Origin: Alphaproteobacteria bacterium UBA1908
GTDB lineage: Bacteria > Pseudomonadota > Alphaproteobacteria > Caedimonadales > UBA1908
Assembly (NCBI GenBank): GCA_002337525.1
Contig: DDGG01000031.1
Location: 18,923-82,922 of the forward strand
Length of the DNA stretch: 64,000 nucleotides
Direction: 5' to 3'
Positions within the stretch are counted from its first letter, which is position 1; every line of letters begins with the position of its first letter. The position numbers and the translations under genes are program-made. Below are positions 49,370-59,045 of this stretch, piece by piece. The notes under the pieces were generated by a model. The model saw nothing but the letters and a program-made list of their open reading frames with translations, did no database searches and was not told the origin of the DNA.

Positions 49370-49408
49370 CTCGCCCTGGTTCGGAAAACAGCAGAAGATA
49401 GAGTTGAT

Positions 49409-50698
49409 ATGACAAAATCAGATAGCGATAAAGCAAAAGAGATCCTTCACTGTTCTTTCTGTGGGAAAAGTCAGCATGAAGTCAAAAAGTTAATAGCAGG
49501 CCCCAGCGTTTTCATTTGTGATGAATGCGTTGATCTGTGTCTTGAAATTATCCGTGAAGAAGGCGCGACTCCAAAAGGTATCAGCGACGGTGAAATTCCT
49601 CCCCCTTCAAAAATCAAGGAAGTCCTCGATGACTATGTCATTGGTCAAGCCCAGGCCAAGCGTGTTCTTTCAGTAGCTGTCTATAATCACTATAAGCGCC
49701 TTGAAAATATTGCCCAGGGTAGCAGTGAGATTGAGCTTGCAAAGTCTAATATTCTTTTAATGGGGCCTACCGGTTGTGGTAAGACACTTCTGGCACAAAC
49801 TTTGGCACGGATTCTTGATGTACCGTTTACAATTGCCGATGCGACCTCCTTAACAGAAGCTGGCTATGTTGGAGAAGATGTTGAGAACATCATTCTGAAA
49901 CTTTTGCAAGCAGCAGACTATAACGTTGAAAAAGCCCAACGCGGCATTGTTTATATTGACGAGGTTGATAAAATTTCGCGCAAATCTGACAACCCTTCAA
50001 TTACACGCGATGTTTCTGGTGAAGGGGTTCAACAAGCTTTGTTGAAAATTATGGAAGGTACTGTGGCCTCTGTTCCTCCCCAGGGAGGTAGAAAGCATCC
50101 TCAGCAAGAATTCCTTCAAGTTGATACCACAAATATTCTGTTTATTTGTGGAGGTGCTTTTGCAGGCATTGACCGCATTATTTCATCACGAGGCAAAGGA
50201 ACTTCCATTGGTTTTGGGGCGGATGTTCAAGACCCTGACTTGCGCCAGGTCGGAGAGCTATTATCCGAGATTGAACCTGAAGATCTTCTAAAGTTTGGAC
50301 TTATTCCTGAATTTGTTGGTCGTTTACCTGTTCTTGCGACACTTGAAGACCTTGATGAAGAAGCTTTGGTTAGAATTCTCCAGGAGCCAAAAAATGCCCT
50401 TGTGAAACAATACCAGAAACTCTTTGAAATGGACGGGTCTCAATTAACTTTTACAGAAGATGCCCTTAACGCCATTGCAAAAAAAGCTATTATCCGAAAG
50501 ACTGGAGCCCGGGGTTTACGCTCTATTATGGAAGCAACCTTACTGGATACAATGTATGATATCCCGGGAGAAGAAGGGGTTCAGGAAGTTATAATTAATG
50601 CAGATGCTGTTGATGGAAAGTCGAAGCCTATGCTGACTTATGTCAATACAACAGAACCACAAACACCAACTAAAACTGCAAAGGCTTCAAAAGCTTAA
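49409..50698 (+). CDS. clpX: ATP-dependent Clp protease ATP-binding subunit ClpX
   Basis: Zinc-binding [27 protein letters not shown], Walker A GPTGCGKT, and IVYIDEVDK. Confidence 0.95.
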   Translation: MTKSDSDKAKEILHCSFCGKSQHEVKKLIAGPSVFICDECVDLCLEIIREEGATPKGISDGEIPPPSKIKEVLDDYVIGQAQAKRVLSVAVYNHYKRLENIAQGSSEIELAKSNILLMGPTGCGKTLLAQTLARILDVPFTIADATSLTEAGYVGEDVENIILKLLQAADYNVEKAQRGIVYIDEVDKISRKSDNPSITRDVSGEGVQQALLKIMEGTVASVPPQGGRKHPQQEFLQVDTTNILFICGGAFAGIDRIISSRGKGTSIGFGADVQDPDLRQVGELLSEIEPEDLLKFGLIPEFVGRLPVLATLEDLDEEALVRILQEPKNALVKQYQKLFEMDGSQLTFTEDALNAIAKKAIIRKTGARGLRSIMEATLLDTMYDIPGEEGVQEVIINADAVDGKSKPMLTYVNTTEPQTPTKTAKASKA

Positions 50699-50913
50699 AT
50701 TTTTCATGTTGCCTGGTGTGAAAACGCTTATAAACCGCCTTAAAGATGGTAAGAATAATAATCTTGCCATCTTTAAGGTTTTGGCTACAAAAACAAGCAT
50801 AGCAAGAATGTCTACAAAATAAAAAATGGTGTAAAACATGTCAGCCAGGACTTGCATCCAGTCCATTTTAAAGGCAATGTAAAGAGAAATAGTAACCCTC
50901 TCGAAAGAGATTT

Positions 50914-53244
50914 ATGTCACTTGAAATTCCAAAGGGTGATTTGTACCCTATTCTTCCCTTAAGGGATATTGTTGTCTTCCCTCATATGGTTGTCCCTCTT
51001 TTTGTCGGTCGGGAAAAATCTGTGAAAGCTCTTGAGTCATTATTGAGTGATGACCAGGAAATTCTTTTAATCACCCAAAAAGACGCTTCTCTGGAAGATC
51101 CCCAACATCGGGATTTATTCACTATTGGAACACTTGCCAAGGTTCTTCAACTCCTAAAACTGCCTGATGGCACTGTTAAAGTTCTTGTTGAAGGACAGTC
51201 ACGAGCGCAGGTATTACGTTTTTCAGAGTCAAAGGATTTTTTCCAGGCCTACGCCAGTCGCCTGGACGAAGGAGAAAGCAAACCAACAGAGACAGAAGCC
51301 CTGACTCGAACAGCTACCTCCCTGTTTGAGCAATATTTGAAACTCAACAGCAAAATTCCCCCGGATATTCTAGTCTCTATTTCAAAAATCAGTGATCCCA
51401 ACAAATTGGCAGATACCCTGGCGTCACATCTGGCTTTGAAAATAGAGGACAAACAAGCTTTACTAGAGATTTCCAATATTAACAAACGCATTGAACAAGT
51501 TTGCTCTCATATGGAAGGCGAAATTTCTGTTCTCCAAACAGAAAAACGTATTCGGGGACGTGTCAAACGCCAAATGGAAAAATCTCAACGTGAGTACTAT
51601 TTGAATGAGCAAATGAAAGCGATTCAAAAAGAGTTGGGCGATTCAGAAGATGGTCAGGATGAGTTAAGCGAATTTGAAGCACGTCTATCAAAAACAAAAC
51701 TTAGTAAAGAAGCCCGGGAAAAAGCATCTTCAGAATTAAAAAAACTGCGCACCATGAATCCCATGGCATCAGAAGCGAGTGTTGTCCGCAATTACCTTGA
51801 ATGGATTCTGGATATTCCCTGGAAGAAACCCACCAAAGTCAAAAAAGATTTACTTGCAGCAGAAAAAATCCTGGATCAGGATCACTATGGTCTTAAAAAA
51901 GTCAAAGAGCGTATTCTGGAATATTTAGCGGTTCAAAATCGTGTAGGAAAGGTAAAAGGTCCTATTTTGTGTCTTGTTGGGCCGCCAGGCGTTGGAAAAA
52001 CTTCCCTTGGTCAATCTATTGCCAAGGCAACAGGACGTAAATTTGTTCGCATGGCCCTGGGTGGTGTTCGTGATGAAGCTGAAATTCGTGGACATCGCCG
52101 CACGTATATTGGATCGATGCCTGGCAAGATCATTCAAGGAATGAAAAAAGCAGATAATTCCAATCCTCTTTTCTTACTCGACGAGATTGATAAACTAGGT
52201 GCAGACTGGCGAGGAGACCCTGCTTCCGCTCTCCTTGAAGTTCTTGATCCCGAACAAAACCTGGCATTTAACGATCACTATCTTGAAGTTGATTATGACT
52301 TGTCTGATGTCATGTTTGTCACAACAGCCAATAGTCTCAACATGCCACAGCCTCTCCTCGATCGCATGGAAATTATTCGTCTTTCGGGTTATACGGAAGA
52401 TGAAAAAGTAGAGATTGCAAAGCGCCACCTTATTTCAAAACAAATGAAACTTCACGGTCTTAAGAAAGATGAATGGGCAATAACAGATGATGCTTTACGT
52501 AAGTTAATTCGCAACTATACGCGCGAAGCGGGTGTCAGAAATCTTGAACGTGAGCTTGCAAATTTACTGCGGAAAGCCACTAAAAAAATACTGACGAAAG
52601 AAGCAAAATCGATCACAATTACAGAAGAAGCTCTTGAAGAAGATGCCGGCATTATTCGTTTCCGTTTCGGCGTCTCGGAACAGGAAGATCAGATTGGGGC
52701 CACAACAGGCCTTGCCTGGACCGAAGTTGGTGGAGAGTTATTAACAATTGAATCTGTTATGCTGCCGGGTAAAGGTAAAATGAAAATTACAGGAAAACTT
52801 GGTGAAGTTATGCAAGAATCAATTCAGGCGGCAGCAAGCTATGTCCGCTCCCAAGCAAATACCTATAACATTGACCAGGAACTCTTTGACAAGAAAGATC
52901 TCCATGTCCATGTCCCTGAAGGAGCGATTCCAAAAGATGGCCCTTCAGCTGGTATTGCCATGTGTACAACGATTGTATCTGTCTTGACCGGCATTCCAGT
53001 TCGTAAAGAAGTTGCCATGACAGGCGAAGTGACTCTAAGAGGGAAAGTGCTTGCTATTGGAGGGCTGAAAGAAAAACTTCTCGCTGCACATCGAGGTGGC
53101 ATTAAAACAGTTTTAATTCCCGAAGATAACAGAAAAGATCTTTCTGATATCCCGGATAATGTCAAAGAAGGCCTTAAAATTATTCCTGTCGAAACAGTAA
53201 ATCAAGTCCTGGATCATGCCCTGACAAAACCTTTAAAAAAGTAA
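50914..53244 (+). CDS. lon: Lon protease
   Basis: 776 aa. LPLRDIVVFPHMVVPLFVGREKS N-domain, Walker A GPPGVGKTS, and protease site DGPSAGIAM. Confidence 0.95.
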   Translation: MSLEIPKGDLYPILPLRDIVVFPHMVVPLFVGREKSVKALESLLSDDQEILLITQKDASLEDPQHRDLFTIGTLAKVLQLLKLPDGTVKVLVEGQSRAQVLRFSESKDFFQAYASRLDEGESKPTETEALTRTATSLFEQYLKLNSKIPPDILVSISKISDPNKLADTLASHLALKIEDKQALLEISNINKRIEQVCSHMEGEISVLQTEKRIRGRVKRQMEKSQREYYLNEQMKAIQKELGDSEDGQDELSEFEARLSKTKLSKEAREKASSELKKLRTMNPMASEASVVRNYLEWILDIPWKKPTKVKKDLLAAEKILDQDHYGLKKVKERILEYLAVQNRVGKVKGPILCLVGPPGVGKTSLGQSIAKATGRKFVRMALGGVRDEAEIRGHRRTYIGSMPGKIIQGMKKADNSNPLFLLDEIDKLGADWRGDPASALLEVLDPEQNLAFNDHYLEVDYDLSDVMFVTTANSLNMPQPLLDRMEIIRLSGYTEDEKVEIAKRHLISKQMKLHGLKKDEWAITDDALRKLIRNYTREAGVRNLERELANLLRKATKKILTKEAKSITITEEALEEDAGIIRFRFGVSEQEDQIGATTGLAWTEVGGELLTIESVMLPGKGKMKITGKLGEVMQESIQAAASYVRSQANTYNIDQELFDKKDLHVHVPEGAIPKDGPSAGIAMCTTIVSVLTGIPVRKEVAMTGEVTLRGKVLAIGGLKEKLLAAHRGGIKTVLIPEDNRKDLSDIPDNVKEGLKIIPVETVNQVLDHALTKPLKK

Positions 53245-53257
53245 CAGATACCTCAAA

Positions 53258-53285
53258 AGAGGGTGGGGTAAAAGCCCTCTCTTTT
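53258..53285 (+). terminator. Rho-independent terminator after lon
   Basis: AGAGGG-tggggtaaaag-CCCTCT followed by CTTTT. Confidence 0.6.
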
Positions 53286-53649
53286 GGGGACATTTTCGCA
53301 AAGAAATCTGATAGAATTCGTTCAAACGATCTTTCTAAAGTATTCTTAATTTAATTTTCTCCCGACTATGGATAAGCGAGAATTTATTTCGGCAAAAAAC
53401 CTCTTTTTTGTCATCCAGAGAACGTGAAATAATTGTCAGGACCTAGAGAAAAAGTAACAGAAAAAACGTAAAAAACTTCTTTAAACATTTTTTAGTCTCT
53501 CTTAATCCCCTCTCAACCTTTTCAGGATACATTAACTTTGAACACAGAAGTGAGATAGGGAAGATACTTTCACTCTTACTCTTAAAAAGAAGAAAACAGT
53601 TCTCGAAACCATAAACGTACAACCATAAAAATAAATAGAGGAGATAAAT

Positions 53650-54159
53650 GTGCCTGAAAAATCAGGAATAGAGACTTTTGAAGTCATGTGTTTTCGTCAA
53701 AGCCGAAAGGGTTTTGATGTTCTGCTTCGTAAAGAAAATACACTTTCTTCTTACTGGCATAATTTTTTTACAGCACATAGCCTGGAACCCTTGACTGAAG
53801 AAAGTGCAACTCAAGTTTTTTCCCTCAAAACACATTTGTATGAGAAATTAAGGTTATGCGGGAACATTACGACCAGTGATATGAATCCCTGCCAGCTTTA
53901 TTTCACATTTTTAACAGATGCAAATCATGCAACTCTTGCAGCATCACCTGGTCAGATTATATGGGTTAATAGTGATGTTCTTTTAACAAAACTTGTCCAG
54001 CGCCCCTCAAAGTTCAAGCCTGAACTTTTGGAAATGCTGACAACATGTTTGAAACACTTGCACAAAGAGCCCGAAGCGATTATTTCAAAACCTTTTTTTC
54101 AACATCCTGACTTAGCCGGCTCTTCTATGCCGCAAAAAATTGATGCTGAGCATATCTAA
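53650..54159 (+). CDS. Hypothetical protein, possibly a degenerate Nudix-fold protein
   Basis: 169 aa. GTG start behind GAGGAG. VLLRKENTLSSYWHNFFTAHSLEPLTEESATQVFSLKTH loosely parallels NudB-type VLMLQRRDDPDFWQSVTGSVEEGETAPQAAMREVKEE, but the catalytic REx2EE is lost. Confidence 0.4.
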   Translation: MPEKSGIETFEVMCFRQSRKGFDVLLRKENTLSSYWHNFFTAHSLEPLTEESATQVFSLKTHLYEKLRLCGNITTSDMNPCQLYFTFLTDANHATLAASPGQIIWVNSDVLLTKLVQRPSKFKPELLEMLTTCLKHLHKEPEAIISKPFFQHPDLAGSSMPQKIDAEHI

Positions 54160-55891
54160 AATAAAGACCTTGACGTTGAAGAAGATCCTCATGTGATCCT
54201 TCTTCAATAAGACGTCCTTGATCCAGAACAATAATATGATCTGCCTTTTGAACAGTTGAAAGTCGGTGTGCAATGACAAGAGTTGTTTTGCCGCACATTA
54301 ATGTCTCAAGAGCTTTTTGAATATGAGATTCACTTTCTGCATCCAAAGCATTTGTCGCTTCATCCAGCAACAGGATAGGCGCTTCTTTAAGAAATGCTCT
54401 GGCAATTGCAAGGCGTTGTTTTTGACCTCCTGAAAGACGCACACCTCTTTCACCGACACGTGTTTCCAGGGCCTTGGGTAACCCCTCAATGAAAGACGTC
54501 AAAGCTGCCTGATTAATAACTTTTTGTAAGGTAAGTTCAGAAACTTTCTTTTCTTGTGGGGCTCCAAATAAAATATTTTCTTTTAACGTTGCATTAAAGA
54601 TGACCGGTTCCTGGGGAACAACAGAGAAAAAATGCCTCAAATCTTTAAGAGACAGTTGGTCCACAGGGGTTTTCCCAATCAAAAGGTCACCTGATTGGGG
54701 ATCATAAAAACGTAATAGAAGATTAAACAGGGTTGTTTTTCCTGCTCCTGAGGGGCCAACAATCGCTACAGTCTTCCCTGCACCAACGGTCAATGAAAAA
54801 TCTTTTAAAATAGGAGTATTACTATGTGTTGGATAGGCAAAAGTCACCTGACGAAAAGTAACAGCCGTTTGAGAAAGCTTTCGAGGCTTTACAGGGTACG
54901 GAGGATCGATCAAGGTTGGCTTTGTCTCAATAACTTCGATAAGTCGATCCAAAGCACCAGCGGCTGTTTGTAAATCTCCAAAAAGGTCTGATAACGAATT
55001 AAAAGAGCCTGCAACAATAAGGGCAAAAAATAAGAAAGCTGATAGGTCACCAGGACTTAACGAGCCAGAGAGGACTTCTCTTCCTCCAAGCCACATAACA
55101 AGACTCACCGCAGAAAAAGCCAAAAAAATCACCATACCAACAAGCAAAGCTCTTAAATGAACCCGCTTTTTAACATGAATCATTTTTGACTCCATTAAGT
55201 GACAGAAACGGCCCATAATTTCCCGCTCTTTAACAAAAATTTTAATGGTCTGCAAAGCCTGTAAATAATCTAGTGTCGAAGCTTCAACAACCCCTTGTGA
55301 TGCCTGAACTGTTTTTGTAAGTTCCCGAACACGACGGCCAAGAGCCCCAATAGGTGACAAAACAAAAGGAATCACCAAAAGGACAACAGCGGTTAATTTG
55401 GGGCTGGTAATAATTAACATGATTCCTGCGCCAAGTAATTGAATCATTGAACGAACCGTTGTTGCGAGAGACGATGTCATAACATTCAGCAAAACCAGCG
55501 TGTCCGAATTAAGACGTGCCCCAAGATCTCCGGTACGCGCAGTGTCATAGTAAGATTGATCTAATGTAATTAAGTGGGAGAAAACTTTTTTTCTCAAGTC
55601 ATTAATAACTCTTTCAGCAAGCCACGAAGTCGTTCTGACACGAAAATACGCTGCTAAAGAAAGCATAACACTGGCAGATAACAGAAAAATAAACCCTGAG
55701 CGCAATAACTCGGGATCACGCCCTGAAAATCCCTGATCAACCAAATAGCGCACCCCAAAGCCAAGGGATAAAACTGTGCAGGCAGCAAGTGTTAAGAACA
55801 AAAAAGCTTTCAGAATGTCCCTTTTATAAGGAGCCAGAAAATGCCGGATATGCGGCACCAACCGTTTTATAGTTGCCTTTTTCTTTACCAT
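54125..55891 (-). CDS. ABC exporter, fused permease/ATPase (MsbA/ABCB-like)
   Basis: 588 aa. 6-TM domain, Walker A GPSGAGKTT, signature LSGGQKQRLAIARA, Walker B ILLLDEATNALD. Confidence 0.85.
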   Translation of the reverse strand: MVKKKATIKRLVPHIRHFLAPYKRDILKAFLFLTLAACTVLSLGFGVRYLVDQGFSGRDPELLRSGFIFLLSASVMLSLAAYFRVRTTSWLAERVINDLRKKVFSHLITLDQSYYDTARTGDLGARLNSDTLVLLNVMTSSLATTVRSMIQLLGAGIMLIITSPKLTAVVLLVIPFVLSPIGALGRRVRELTKTVQASQGVVEASTLDYLQALQTIKIFVKEREIMGRFCHLMESKMIHVKKRVHLRALLVGMVIFLAFSAVSLVMWLGGREVLSGSLSPGDLSAFLFFALIVAGSFNSLSDLFGDLQTAAGALDRLIEVIETKPTLIDPPYPVKPRKLSQTAVTFRQVTFAYPTHSNTPILKDFSLTVGAGKTVAIVGPSGAGKTTLFNLLLRFYDPQSGDLLIGKTPVDQLSLKDLRHFFSVVPQEPVIFNATLKENILFGAPQEKKVSELTLQKVINQAALTSFIEGLPKALETRVGERGVRLSGGQKQRLAIARAFLKEAPILLLDEATNALDAESESHIQKALETLMCGKTTLVIAHRLSTVQKADHIIVLDQGRLIEEGSHEDLLQRQGLYFRYAQHQFFAA

Positions 55892-55913
55892 ACTCTCAAC
55901 TCAAAAACTTTGA

Positions 55914-56549
55914 TCATGATTTCATCGCATCAAGATAAGGTTTTATAAGAGTTTCTATCTCGTCAAGTTCAGGTGCATAATCGATTACACGGCCATTGAT
56001 TATAAAAGTTGGTGTACCATCAATATTCATTTCTTTTTCAGCCCTAAGGCGTGTCATCAGAACCCGATCGGACAAAGCTTTATTATTGACTGTTTCCTGG
56101 CACGTCTCAAGTGTTTCACCCGTGATATGCGCCAGGGCATCAAGGCAATGACTGCCTATCCATCGGTCCTGCGTTTCAAAAAGCCTGTTAACCAGGGAAA
56201 ACTGCCGAAGAGGTATTGAGGCCGCAACAAGAGTAGAAGCTTTCAATGCGTACTCATCAATTGGGAAGTGCCTGAAAACAAGCTGCATTTTACCGGTACG
56301 AATATACTTCTTCATCAAAACAGGCAGAACTGTTTTATGGAAATGGGCACAATGATGGCATGTCAAGGAAGAGTATTCGATGATTTTAATGGGTGCCTCA
56401 CTGCTGCCTATTCGAATATCAGGAATATTCTCAGGTTCAGATTTTTTGTGAGCATCCTGCGACACGACTTGGATATCCTTGCCTACTTTTTCAGCAGAAA
56501 AGAGAGACAAGGGGGAAAAAAGAGCGGAAATAAAAAATATTTTTAGCAT
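55914..56549 (-). CDS. DsbA-family thiol:disulfide oxidoreductase
   Basis: 211 aa. Signal peptide, thioredoxin-fold active site CHHC (SSLTCHHCAHF), and a C-terminal GTPTFIING motif. Confidence 0.8.
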   Translation of the reverse strand: MLKIFFISALFSPLSLFSAEKVGKDIQVVSQDAHKKSEPENIPDIRIGSSEAPIKIIEYSSLTCHHCAHFHKTVLPVLMKKYIRTGKMQLVFRHFPIDEYALKASTLVAASIPLRQFSLVNRLFETQDRWIGSHCLDALAHITGETLETCQETVNNKALSDRVLMTRLRAEKEMNIDGTPTFIINGRVIDYAPELDEIETLIKPYLDAMKS

Positions 56550-56706
56550 TGTCTTTTTCTATACAATAATGTCGACTATAGTGTTATTTATATAATGAAG
56601 TATCACAGAAAGCGATCATAAAATTTCAAAATTTAATTTTGTTAATTTTCTAGTGACCTTTTTTAAGCTATAGTCAATTGATTAAAAATTAGGTGATCCT
56701 TAAATC

Positions 56707-57510
56707 ATGATATTAACTTTTGCACGTACTATGGTGGCTTTTTTTCTGGTCACAAGCCTTATAGTCACCAACACAGCAGAAGCATCTTATGCGGCTTCTC
56801 TTGAAAAAATGTCAAACACCGAGTCTCCTCAAAACGAGGAAAGTGAGAGTCAGGACGACGACCCTCTTGAGAGCTTTAACAGATTTATGTTTGCATTTAA
56901 TGAACTTTTTGATGGCGTTATTTTAAGGCCTCTTGCCCTTGTTTATGATACCATTACACCCGAGCCAGTTCAGGATATCGTTGGGAACTTTCTTGATAAC
57001 TTGCTAGAGCCCGTCACCTTTATGAATGATCTTCTACAACTTAAGCCTGAAGCTGCAGGGCAAACATTAGCACGCTTTGCCATGAACTCAACGTTGGGTG
57101 TTGGAGGGCTTTTTGACGTGGCTGATGAATGGGCCGATATCAAACGTCATAAGGAAGACTTTGGGCAAACGATGGGAGCCGCTGGTGTTGGGAGTGGTCC
57201 TTATCTTGTTCTTCCTTTCATTGGCCCCTCGAGCTTTCGCGACATGATTGGAAAAGCCGTTGATGTTATTACAGACCCTGTTGATTATGCCCTGCGTCGT
57301 TCTGACCGTGATACACTTATTTATGTCCGGAAAGGTGTCGATGCTGTTCATCGTCGTGCAAAAGCCTTGCCTTTAACAGATAGCATTGATAAAACAGCTA
57401 CAGATAAATACATTCGCATCAGGACACTTTATACTCAACACCGCCACTTTAAAGTTAAAGATGGCAATGTGCCTGTATCCGAAGAAGACTCAGTTGAAAT
57501 GGTAGAATAA
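56707..57510 (+). CDS. mlaA: MlaA/VacJ family outer-membrane lipid-asymmetry protein
   Basis: DPLESFNRFMFAFNELFD..ILRPLALVY...NFLDNLLEPVTFMNDLLQ...RFAMNSTLGVGGLFDVA are VacJ family motifs. Confidence 0.85.
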   Translation: MILTFARTMVAFFLVTSLIVTNTAEASYAASLEKMSNTESPQNEESESQDDDPLESFNRFMFAFNELFDGVILRPLALVYDTITPEPVQDIVGNFLDNLLEPVTFMNDLLQLKPEAAGQTLARFAMNSTLGVGGLFDVADEWADIKRHKEDFGQTMGAAGVGSGPYLVLPFIGPSSFRDMIGKAVDVITDPVDYALRRSDRDTLIYVRKGVDAVHRRAKALPLTDSIDKTATDKYIRIRTLYTQHRHFKVKDGNVPVSEEDSVEMVE

Positions 57511-58113
57511 ATGAAAAAAAACTTTTTTCTTTTTTTTATTTCGTTATGTTTAATCACATCTGAAAGTCATGCAGACTTGTCAGAATATAAAGCTTTTGCA
57601 GAGCAAACAGGAAATGAAATTATACAAGTTCTCGTGGATACAAGCTCCTCAATGCAAAATCGCAAGAAAAAGTTTAGGGCGATTCTTGAAAAACGCTTTA
57701 GCTTGCCTTCTATTGCAAAATTTGTTCTAGCACGCTATTGGCGTCGAACAAATGATCAGCAAAAAGCGCGCTATCTGGATCTTTTTGAAGACGCGACGGT
57801 GACCAACTACGCAGCTCAATTTGATAATTATAATAATGAACGCCTGGAAGTTCTTTCGGCTCGTCCCGGTAAAAAAGGCAATGTTATTATCACAACACGT
57901 ATCTTGCGTCCCTCCAAAGGGGAGCCTCTTAGTGTCGACTGGCACGCTGCAAAATCAAAATCGGGAAAAATCAAGGTTGTTGACCTCATTATCAATGGTG
58001 TCAGTATGAGTATAACACAGCGCAGTGAATATGGGGCCATGGTTCAATCGGCAAATGGCAATATTGATCAATTTCTGGATAACCTTGAAGCCCAGGTCAG
58101 ATCAGATCCCTAG
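57511..58113 (+). CDS. mlaC: MlaC/Ttg2D-like periplasmic lipid-binding protein
   Basis: 200 aa. Signal peptide. FSLPSIAKFVLARYWRRTNDQQKARYLDLFEDATVTNYAAQF fits the Tol-tolerance Ttg2D/MlaC pattern. Abuts mlaA. Confidence 0.7.
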   Translation: MKKNFFLFFISLCLITSESHADLSEYKAFAEQTGNEIIQVLVDTSSSMQNRKKKFRAILEKRFSLPSIAKFVLARYWRRTNDQQKARYLDLFEDATVTNYAAQFDNYNNERLEVLSARPGKKGNVIITTRILRPSKGEPLSVDWHAAKSKSGKIKVVDLIINGVSMSITQRSEYGAMVQSANGNIDQFLDNLEAQVRSDP

Positions 58114-58205
58114 AGAAAAATGTTTCTTTTCAGAAGACGCAAAAATCTTATCGGATGCGAAAAATTATAACCAACTCATCTATTGCAAAAAATTCCGATC
58201 CTGGA

Positions 58206-59039
58206 TTACTCTTTTGAAATAAGTTGTTCAAAGTCATTTATGAATTTTTCTGGATTCTTATTATAAATATCTTCAATATTTTTTTTCTCGAACAACTGCT
58301 CCACTGCACTTTTATTATAAACACTCCACTTGAAGAATTTTTGTGCATGTTCAGAAGTCATAATACCTAATAATGTCGCAAGTTTAGAAGGTACCTGGAA
58401 ATGATGCCAATCAATAGGGTGATTCCAATGCCCCCCCCAAATGGTGAAACCATTCTTGTGAAATATATCAATAACTTTTTCCGCCAATCCTTTTAAACCA
58501 TCCTTTTGAGCTCTAATGCGGTTTATATACAAAAGAGCACTTCCTGAAGGTTTGGTATAACGAATACCTTTTTTCTTACTTTCTTCATCTTCAAAATAGT
58601 GAAAAGGGTTTTGCACAGGATTAATATCAATTGCACATCCATATGCATGAATTGATACTCCTTGTTTGCTGCCATACTTAAATCTTGGATTAAAAGATGA
58701 AGTATTATTATCTTCCATTGATTTGTCGTCATTACCATCATAAAGATCCATGGGTAGAGCTTGATGTATAGGAAATTTTAAATTATATAGTTCGTCAAAT
58801 ATCTTTTTTACAAATAATGACACCGCATCTAGAACAACGATCTTTCCCTCTTTTATATTTCCTTCAAAATCATAATGTTTAAAAGAAATAATTTTTAACC
58901 TAGATACAGGAACAGGACTCCTCTCATTAATTATCTTTTTAAATTTCCTGGATAAAGGACTATAAGACTTTATTGAAGCACAAGTGTCGTGCGGACAAAA
59001 AAATAGAATTAAAAAAAACACACATATTTTTATATTCAT
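58206..59039 (-). CDS. Secreted M15-family zinc peptidoglycan peptidase (VanY/endolysin-like)
   Basis: 277 aa. Signal peptide MNIKICVFFLILFF. Zinc-ligand motifs SIHAYGCAIDIN (H..D) and WGGHWNHPIDWHHFQ. Very AT-rich. Starts 6 nt after the stop of STAND paralog B. Confidence 0.8.
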   Translation of the reverse strand: MNIKICVFFLILFFCPHDTCASIKSYSPLSRKFKKIINERSPVPVSRLKIISFKHYDFEGNIKEGKIVVLDAVSLFVKKIFDELYNLKFPIHQALPMDLYDGNDDKSMEDNNTSSFNPRFKYGSKQGVSIHAYGCAIDINPVQNPFHYFEDEESKKKGIRYTKPSGSALLYINRIRAQKDGLKGLAEKVIDIFHKNGFTIWGGHWNHPIDWHHFQVPSKLATLLGIMTSEHAQKFFKWSVYNKSAVEQLFEKKNIEDIYNKNPEKFINDFEQLISKE

Positions 59040-59045
59040 AATAAA

